From assembly GCA_030019075.1 (NCBI GenBank), contig JASEHD010000001.1, positions 1 to 55,424 on the forward strand: 55,424 nt of DNA. Direction: 5' to 3'. This document shows, piece by piece, positions 49,399 through 55,424 of the stretch; position 1 is the stretch's first letter; every line of letters starts with the position of its first letter. The DNA comes from Bacteroidota bacterium. Its GTDB lineage: Bacteria > Bacteroidota > Ignavibacteria > UBA10030 > SZUA-254. The notes beneath the pieces are model-generated. The model was not told the DNA's origin. It worked only from the letters and a program-made list of their open reading frames with translations, and did no database searches. Both the position numbers and the translations under genes were made by a program.

Positions 49399-49823
49399 TG
49401 AAACGCGAATCAATAGTTGCGAAACTTCAGAAACTTGATGAAACGATCAAATCACTGGAACAATTAAAATCACATTCAAGGGGAAAAATTCTTGATGATT
49501 ATTTATTGCAAGCCGCATTAGAGCGGAATCTGCAAATTGCATCACAAGTTGTGCTTGATATCGGAAATAGTATTTTAGCTGAACGCGGCATTAGAGGGAT
49601 TCATGAATACAAAGATATTATTATCCGTTTAGGTTCGGAAGGGATCATACCAAAGGAGTTTTCCGAAAAGATTTTTCCAATAGCAGGTTTAAGGAATTTA
49701 TTAGTGCACAATTATCTTGAGATCGATCCTAACCGCCTTGTAGATATTTTATTTAATGATCTTGATGATCTCAAAAAATATATGAAAATTATTGCAACTT
49801 ACCTCAATAATCAATTAAAATAA
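49395..49823 (+). CDS. HEPN (DUF86/HepT-like) toxin
   Basis: ALERNLQ, GLRNLLVHNY (Rx4H). Confidence 0.9.
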   Translation: MMKRESIVAKLQKLDETIKSLEQLKSHSRGKILDDYLLQAALERNLQIASQVVLDIGNSILAERGIRGIHEYKDIIIRLGSEGIIPKEFSEKIFPIAGLRNLLVHNYLEIDPNRLVDILFNDLDDLKKYMKIIATYLNNQLK

Positions 49824-49841
49824 TCATTGATCGAAGTTTAA

Positions 49842-50846
49842 ATGAAAAAAGCACTCATAACAGGAATTACAGGTCAGGACGGCTCGTATCTCGCAGAGCT
49901 TTTACTGAATAAAGGATACGAAGTTCATGGAATAATGCGACGTGCAAGCACTTTTAACACGGGTCGCATCAATCATCTCTACACCGATCCGCATGTCAAT
50001 GGTGTAAAATTCTTTTTGCATTATGGCGACATAAGCGATTCAACCAATCTCATTAAGCTCCTTTACAATCTTAAGCCGGATGAAGTGTATCATCTCGCTG
50101 CTCAAAGTCATGTGCGTGTAAGTTTTGATATCCCGGAATATACAGGAGATGTATCAGGAATTGGTACAGTTAGAATATTAGAAGCGATCCGGGAGACTGG
50201 TATCAAGACTAAATTCTATCAAGCTTCAAGCAGTGAAATGTTTGGAATGGTAAGGGAGATTCCTCAGAAAGAGACAACTCCGTTTTATCCGAGAAGTCCA
50301 TATGGCTGCTCAAAAGTATATGCTTATTGGATAACTGTGAATTATCGGGAATCGTATAATATATTTGCATGCAACGGTATTCTTTTTAATCATGAATCAC
50401 CGCGTCGTGGGGAAACGTTTGTTACGAGAAAAATAACTCGTGCACTTGCCCACATCAAAGCTGGGATTCAAGATTCTCTCTATCTCGGGAATTTGGATGC
50501 AAAGCGCGACTGGGGTTATGCAAAAGAATTCGTGGAAGCAATGTGGCTTATGATGCAACAAGATATACCGGATGACTACGTAATAGCAACAGGTGAAACA
50601 CATACCGTGAGGGAGTTTCTTGAAGAAGCTTTTTCGTATGCGGGTTTAGATTGGAAAAAATATGTGAAGATTGATCGTCGATATTTCCGCCCTGCTGAAG
50701 TTGACGTACTTATCGGAGATGCAAGCAAAGCGAAACAGAAACTTGGCTGGCAGCCGAAGACAACATTTAAACAATTAGTGCGATTGATGGTTGACGCTGA
50801 TATTGAATTGCTGAATAAAGAACGTCATCTGAATATCAAAGTTTAA
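49842..50846 (+). CDS. gmd: GDP-mannose 4,6-dehydratase
   Basis: [40 protein letters not shown]. Confidence 0.97.
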   Translation: MKKALITGITGQDGSYLAELLLNKGYEVHGIMRRASTFNTGRINHLYTDPHVNGVKFFLHYGDISDSTNLIKLLYNLKPDEVYHLAAQSHVRVSFDIPEYTGDVSGIGTVRILEAIRETGIKTKFYQASSSEMFGMVREIPQKETTPFYPRSPYGCSKVYAYWITVNYRESYNIFACNGILFNHESPRRGETFVTRKITRALAHIKAGIQDSLYLGNLDAKRDWGYAKEFVEAMWLMMQQDIPDDYVIATGETHTVREFLEEAFSYAGLDWKKYVKIDRRYFRPAEVDVLIGDASKAKQKLGWQPKTTFKQLVRLMVDADIELLNKERHLNIKV

Positions 50847-50859
50847 ATAGACGTCACCT

Positions 50860-50887
50860 GTCACGTTGAGCGCAAGTCGAAACGTGA
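50860..50887. repeat. GTCA..TGAGCG.AGTCGAA-type palindrome; partner copy inverted at 51122-51176
   Basis: gtcacgttgagcgcaagtcgaaacgtga and gtcttagac[..]tgcgctcagacagac flank the GIY-YIG remnant. Confidence 0.6.
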
Positions 50888-50918
50888 TATTGGTTAGAAC
50901 TTAGCTGAATGCGGGGTA

Positions 50919-51121
50919 ATGAAAAGAGCCTGGGTGTACATACTCGAATGTTCCGATGGTTCTTATTATACTGGATGCACCACAAATATTGAGAAGAGAA
51001 TATCGGAGCATCAGTTAGGTGTATACAATGGATATACTTCAATGAGAGATTTGATTTACTCCATGAATTTGCGCAGTCGAAGGAGATGATAGAAAGGCGG
51101 GAAAAAAGAGATGCAAAGTAA
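50919..51121 (+). pseudogene. GIY-YIG nuclease (UPF0213-like) with internal deletion and frameshift
   Basis: MKRAWVYILECSDGSYYTGCTTNIEKRISEH...YTSMR, then FDLLHEFAQ...DAK* in another frame; the central A..E..IK segment is missing. Confidence 0.8.
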
Positions 51122-51207
51122 GTCTTAGACTTCGTTCATCCCGTCTGCCGACGGGATTCACTGCGCTCAGACAGACAGTGCGTTTTATTAATAAAATTGA
51201 TAATCAT

Positions 51208-52263
51208 ATGAATAAAAACTCTAAAATATACGTTGCAGGGCATACCGGACTTGTCGGCTCTGCACTTGTCAGGAAGTTGAAAGAGAAGGGATACACAAAT
51301 CTCATCTTCCGTGAATATCCGCCGTTCAATTTAATAAATCAGCACAAAGCTGAAGAACTTTTCAGAGCTGAAAAACCTGAATACGTTTTCCTTGCTGCTG
51401 CCCGTGTCGGTGGTATACTTGCAAACAATACTTACAAAGCAGATTTCATCTACGATAATCTCGCTATCGCGATGAACGTGATTAAATCTGCATACAAGTT
51501 CGGTGTTAAGAAGTTACTCAATCTCGGTTCGTCGTGTATTTACCCAAAACTTGCACCACAACCGCTGAAGGAAGAATATCTCCTCAGCGGATATCTTGAA
51601 TCGACGAACGAGCCATATGCCATAGCGAAGATCGCTGCAATAAAATTATGCCGATACTTTAACGAACAATATGGAACGAATTTCATTTCCATCATGCCCA
51701 CTAATCTTTACGGTCCGTACGATAACTTCAATCTTGAAACCGCGCATGTTTTACCTGCACTGATCCGCAAGTTCTATTTAGCTAAATTACTTCAAGAGAA
51801 AAAATATGATCTGATTTTAAAAGATGTACATGCTTATCGCCTCGGTTTCGGAACTCAGGTTGAAGATGATATTGAAAGTCTAACTAACACTCTTCAACGA
51901 ATTGGAATAACTGATAAAGCTGTGGTTTTATGGGGGAGTGGTTCACCTTATCGTGAATTTTTATATGTAGATGATTTAGCAGATGCTGCCGTGTACTTAA
52001 TGGAACGGTGCGAATACAAAGATATAGGCGAGTTCATAAACGTTGGGAGTGGTGTTGATATTACTATCAGGGACATCGCACTCATGGTGAAAGATATTGT
52101 TGGATTTACAGGTGACATAGAGTACGATCCATCCAAACCAGATGGAACCCCGAGGAAGTTATTGGATGTCAGTCGGCTCATGAAGTTAAATTGGAAACCA
52201 TCGATATCATTAGAAGAAGGGATAATTCGTACGTTCGAGTGGTATTCGGTACGTGTGCAATAA
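51208..52263 (+). CDS. fcl: GDP-L-fucose synthase
   Basis: IYVAGHTGLVGSA, LAAARVGGILAN, GSSCIYPK, YAIAK, KPDGTPRK. Confidence 0.95.
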   Translation: MNKNSKIYVAGHTGLVGSALVRKLKEKGYTNLIFREYPPFNLINQHKAEELFRAEKPEYVFLAAARVGGILANNTYKADFIYDNLAIAMNVIKSAYKFGVKKLLNLGSSCIYPKLAPQPLKEEYLLSGYLESTNEPYAIAKIAAIKLCRYFNEQYGTNFISIMPTNLYGPYDNFNLETAHVLPALIRKFYLAKLLQEKKYDLILKDVHAYRLGFGTQVEDDIESLTNTLQRIGITDKAVVLWGSGSPYREFLYVDDLADAAVYLMERCEYKDIGEFINVGSGVDITIRDIALMVKDIVGFTGDIEYDPSKPDGTPRKLLDVSRLMKLNWKPSISLEEGIIRTFEWYSVRVQ

Positions 52264-52270
52264 CTTCTCT

Positions 52271-53110
52271 ATGTATTTCCCGAAAATATCAATTGTTACA
52301 CCCTCGTTCAATCAAGCTCAATTTATCGAGGCAAATATTCAAAGCGTCGTTTCACAAAAATATTCCGATGTAGAACATATCATTATTGATGGGGGATCAA
52401 CAGACGGGACATTGGACGTTCTAAAAAAATATAATCACTTGCACTGGATTTCAGAGCCAGATCGTGGGCAGTCACATGGTTTGAATAAAGGATTTAAGAT
52501 GGCAGCGGGTGAAATTATTGGATGGTTAAACTCGGACGATACATTTTGCCCGAACGTTTTTCAGCTTGTGGCAAGCAAGTTTGAGGATAGAGATGTAATG
52601 GTTGTTTATGGGGATGGTTTTGAAGTTGATGAAAATGATAAAATAATTCGCCCGCTGTATTCCCTTGGTGCCTCGCCTGAAGTTTTAATAAGATACTGGA
52701 AGTGGAAATACGAATTTGTACAACCGGCGTTTTTTTTCCGTCGTAATGTTTTTGATGAGATAGGATATTTGGACGAAAGATTGTATTATGCTATGGATTG
52801 TGATTTTTTTATCCGGTTAGGGAAACGATATAAACTCTGCCATGTTGAGAAGCCGATAGCAAACTTCCGGCTCTATCCGGAATCAAAGACGGGCAAACAT
52901 TTTTTAAAATTCTTGCCGGATTATATCTGGGAAATGCACAAAGTTTCGTATCGTTATTGGGGAAAACCTTCATCACTAAAATATTATAGTTATCTCTTTT
53001 CTTTTCTCACTGCGATTGGTTATTCTTTCTTAAAGAATCTGTTTTTTAGTCCAACCTCTAAATCTCGGGCAGCAATCAAGCGTAAATTTTATAGAAACGA
53101 TAGATTATGA
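52271..53110 (+). CDS. GT2 glycosyltransferase (WcaE-like)
   Basis: SIVTPSFNQ, IDGGSTDG, SEPDRGQSHGLNKG, WLNSDD. Confidence 0.9.
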   Translation: MYFPKISIVTPSFNQAQFIEANIQSVVSQKYSDVEHIIIDGGSTDGTLDVLKKYNHLHWISEPDRGQSHGLNKGFKMAAGEIIGWLNSDDTFCPNVFQLVASKFEDRDVMVVYGDGFEVDENDKIIRPLYSLGASPEVLIRYWKWKYEFVQPAFFFRRNVFDEIGYLDERLYYAMDCDFFIRLGKRYKLCHVEKPIANFRLYPESKTGKHFLKFLPDYIWEMHKVSYRYWGKPSSLKYYSYLFSFLTAIGYSFLKNLFFSPTSKSRAAIKRKFYRNDRL

Positions 53111-54246
53111 AGATTGAAGTCTTAGTTATTGGTGGTGGAATTGTTGGGCTTTCTTGTGCTGCGGAGAGTGCGAAGAATGGCTTTTCAACACTTCTTGTTG
53201 AACGCCACGAATCCTTCGGTCAGGAAACAAGCAGTCGGAACAGTGAAGTAATACATTCAGGAATTTATTATCAGCCCGGCTCGTTGAAAGCAAAATTGTG
53301 CGTTACTGCAAACCACAATCTTTATAAAGAGTGCGAACGGTCTGGTGTGTGGACTAAACGCTGTGGTAAATTGATTGTAGCTGTTACACAAGAAGAACGG
53401 AAACCATTAGAAGAACTCTACAAGCGTGGACTGGCAAATGGAGTTGGTGAATTGGTTTTGTTGGATGCTATTCAGGCAAAGCGGATTGAACCATACATAA
53501 AATGTTGTGCCGCTATTTATGTTTTATCTACAGGTATAATTGATTCCCATCAGTTGATGAAATCATATCTTTCGGAAGCGAAATCGTTTGGTGCAGATTT
53601 TGCGTTTAATGTTAATTTTGTCGGCGGTGAGAGAAAAAATTATTTGTTTGATGTCCGGTTAAGAGATACGGATGGTCACTTAACCACTCTCGAAGCTGAG
53701 TATGTGATAAATGCGGCGGGTTTGCAGTCGGATAAAGTTGCTCAAGCATTTGGAATCAATATTGATACAGCAGGTTACCGTTTGCACTATAATCGCGGAC
53801 ATTACTATTCGGTATCGCCATCGAAGGGAAAACTTATTTCTCATTTGGTGTATCCAATTCCGCTCAAGCATCTTGTAAGTGTTGGGATCCATACTGCAAT
53901 TGATAAGGCGGGACGTGTAAGACTCGGACCCGACCATGAGTACCTCGATCAATCAATTCCAGAGATCGATTGGTACAAATTTGATGATACCCGGAAGGAA
54001 AAATTTTTAAAAGCTGTGCAGTCGTATTTTCCCGCTCTTCAATTAAGTGATCTGTCTCCCGATCAAGTAGGTGTTCGTCCGAAACTTAAAGGATCGGAAA
54101 GTGAGGTGAAAGATTTTATTATTCAGGAAGAGAGTGTAAAAGGTCTATCTGGATTAGTTAATCTTATCGGAATTGAATCTCCGGGATTGACATGCGCACG
54201 TGAGATAGCGCGTGAGGTGATCCGAAGAATTGTAGATATTTCATAA
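53107..54246 (+). CDS. FAD-dependent oxidoreductase, L-2-hydroxyglutarate oxidase (LhgO)-like
   Basis: IGGGIVG, ETSSRNSEVIHSGIYY, GIESPGLT. Confidence 0.88.
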   Translation: MKIEVLVIGGGIVGLSCAAESAKNGFSTLLVERHESFGQETSSRNSEVIHSGIYYQPGSLKAKLCVTANHNLYKECERSGVWTKRCGKLIVAVTQEERKPLEELYKRGLANGVGELVLLDAIQAKRIEPYIKCCAAIYVLSTGIIDSHQLMKSYLSEAKSFGADFAFNVNFVGGERKNYLFDVRLRDTDGHLTTLEAEYVINAAGLQSDKVAQAFGINIDTAGYRLHYNRGHYYSVSPSKGKLISHLVYPIPLKHLVSVGIHTAIDKAGRVRLGPDHEYLDQSIPEIDWYKFDDTRKEKFLKAVQSYFPALQLSDLSPDQVGVRPKLKGSESEVKDFIIQEESVKGLSGLVNLIGIESPGLTCAREIAREVIRRIVDIS

Positions 54247-54321
54247 GAATCACACCATAAAGAACGGTCTTTGTTTTTCCCATCGCTTTTCTCTATATTT
54301 TTACGGTGATACTACATTTTT

Positions 54322-54654
54322 ATGGAACGGTTGAATCAAATAGAGAAACAACTCCTTAGCGAATTGAAAGAATCGCTGCAAAAACAACTTGGTACCCGTT
54401 TGAGTAAGTTTGTCCTCTTCGGATCGAAAGCTCGTGGTGATTCCAATTTCGATTCTGATTTGGATGTTGCTATCGTAGTGGATGGTTTAGATAGGAACTT
54501 GAAAAGAGAAATATTCGACCTGGTTGCCGATCTTGAATTGAAGTATTTATATGCAATTTCATCTCTGGTGTTATCAACGGAAGAATTCAATCAACTTCTA
54601 AATCGTGAGCGAAGAATTGCAATGGATATTGTTAATGAAGGAGTTCCATTATGA
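54322..54654 (+). CDS. MNT nucleotidyltransferase antitoxin
   Basis: VLFGSKARGD..DSDLDVAI. Confidence 0.88.
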   Translation: MERLNQIEKQLLSELKESLQKQLGTRLSKFVLFGSKARGDSNFDSDLDVAIVVDGLDRNLKREIFDLVADLELKYLYAISSLVLSTEEFNQLLNRERRIAMDIVNEGVPL

Positions 54655-54981
54655 CGGAAGGTAATAAATATATGAATATCAGTGAAGAACTTGATCGAGC
54701 AGCATCATCAATGGCATCTGCAGATATTCTAATACATAGTGGCTACTATAATGATGCTGTCTCCCGATTGTATTATGCAATATTTCATACGATGAAAGCT
54801 TTGTTACTCTCTGAAGGTTCGGAACCGAAAACACAAGAAGGTGCGTTAACATTGTTTGCTAAACATTTTGTAAAAACCGGAGTTTTTGCACCGCAAGATT
54901 CGCATACTTTTTCACGGTTAATGAAATATCGTGAGGAAGCTGATTAAAGATTATCTTAGGCAAAAAAAATATATCGAATGA
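54651..54981 (+). pseudogene. HEPN protein with internal deletion
   Basis: AVSRLYYAIFH..REEAD*; an out-of-frame tail IKDYLRQKKYIE* ends in an ATGA overlap with the next gene. Confidence 0.7.
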
Positions 54982-55424
54982 TTTCAACTATCATGTCCAC
55001 TAATCCAATCTCAACATACAATCCACTTGTTTCGGTAATCATACCGGTGAAGAACAGCAGTAAGACTCTAAGTCAATGTCTCCGCTCGATAAAGAGGTCG
55101 TATTATAAAAACTATGAGATAATCGTAGTTGATGATCGTTCGACTGACAATTCAATTGAAATTGGGAAAGCTTATAGTTGCACAGTCATCCAGGTGAAAG
55201 AAGGTAATGGTGCAAACAACGCACGCAATGTTGGTTCGTCATCTGCAAAGGGCGATATCCTAATGTTTGTGGACTCGGATATCGTTATCGGGAGAGAAAC
55301 TATGTTGGGAATCGTAGAATCTTTAGAAGAAAATCATACCGATGCAGTGGTAGGAATTTATACAGCAAAGCATCGCAATGAGTCGTTTGTGAGTCAGTAT
55401 AAAAATCTTTGGGTGCGGTATTCA
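54978..55424 (+). CDS. GT2 glycosyltransferase, truncated by the window end
   Basis: PLVSVIIPVKNS, EIIVVDDRSTDNS, ARNVG, FVDSD; open to the end. Confidence 0.88.
   Translation, partial: MISTIMSTNPISTYNPLVSVIIPVKNSSKTLSQCLRSIKRSYYKNYEIIVVDDRSTDNSIEIGKAYSCTVIQVKEGNGANNARNVGSSSAKGDILMFVDSDIVIGRETMLGIVESLEENHTDAVVGIYTAKHRNESFVSQYKNLWVRYS

Noticed and set aside
51770-51920. Extra segment in Fcl relative to enterobacterial enzymes
   Set aside because: In frame, non-palindromic, and similar insertions are recalled from Bacteroidota Fcl proteins

Overview
Bacterial chromosome segment (translation table 11), probably FCB group / Ignavibacteria-like; this is inferred from gene content and the miaB-sigma54 regulator-lptE synteny. 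From left to right: a TPP riboswitch ahead of a gene running off the left edge, a nonsense-disrupted DDE insertion sequence, a serpin lipoprotein, rpsT, the miaB operon, three paralogous lectin-like lipoproteins bracketing a small Wzx/glycosyltransferase island, a YfhO-like gene, rpsU and tRNA-Ile2(CAT). From ~26.3 kb to the end is a large surface-polysaccharide locus (Wzm/Wzt, many GTs, rffA, gmd, fcl). It is interleaved with four MNT-HEPN toxin-antitoxin modules, two REP-associated tyrosine transposases (RAYT) each with its own REP family, and a deleted GIY-YIG gene. The most unusual signal is a set of 18-28 nt hairpin 'micro-inserts'. They sit inside other hairpins (REP loops, a riboswitch terminator), nest inside each other up to three deep, and once lie in frame inside a transposase gene; empty and filled alleles of the same sites are both present in the window. 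A second signal is that two accessory segments are flanked by direct repeats that are sigma70-type promoters ending at the -10 box.
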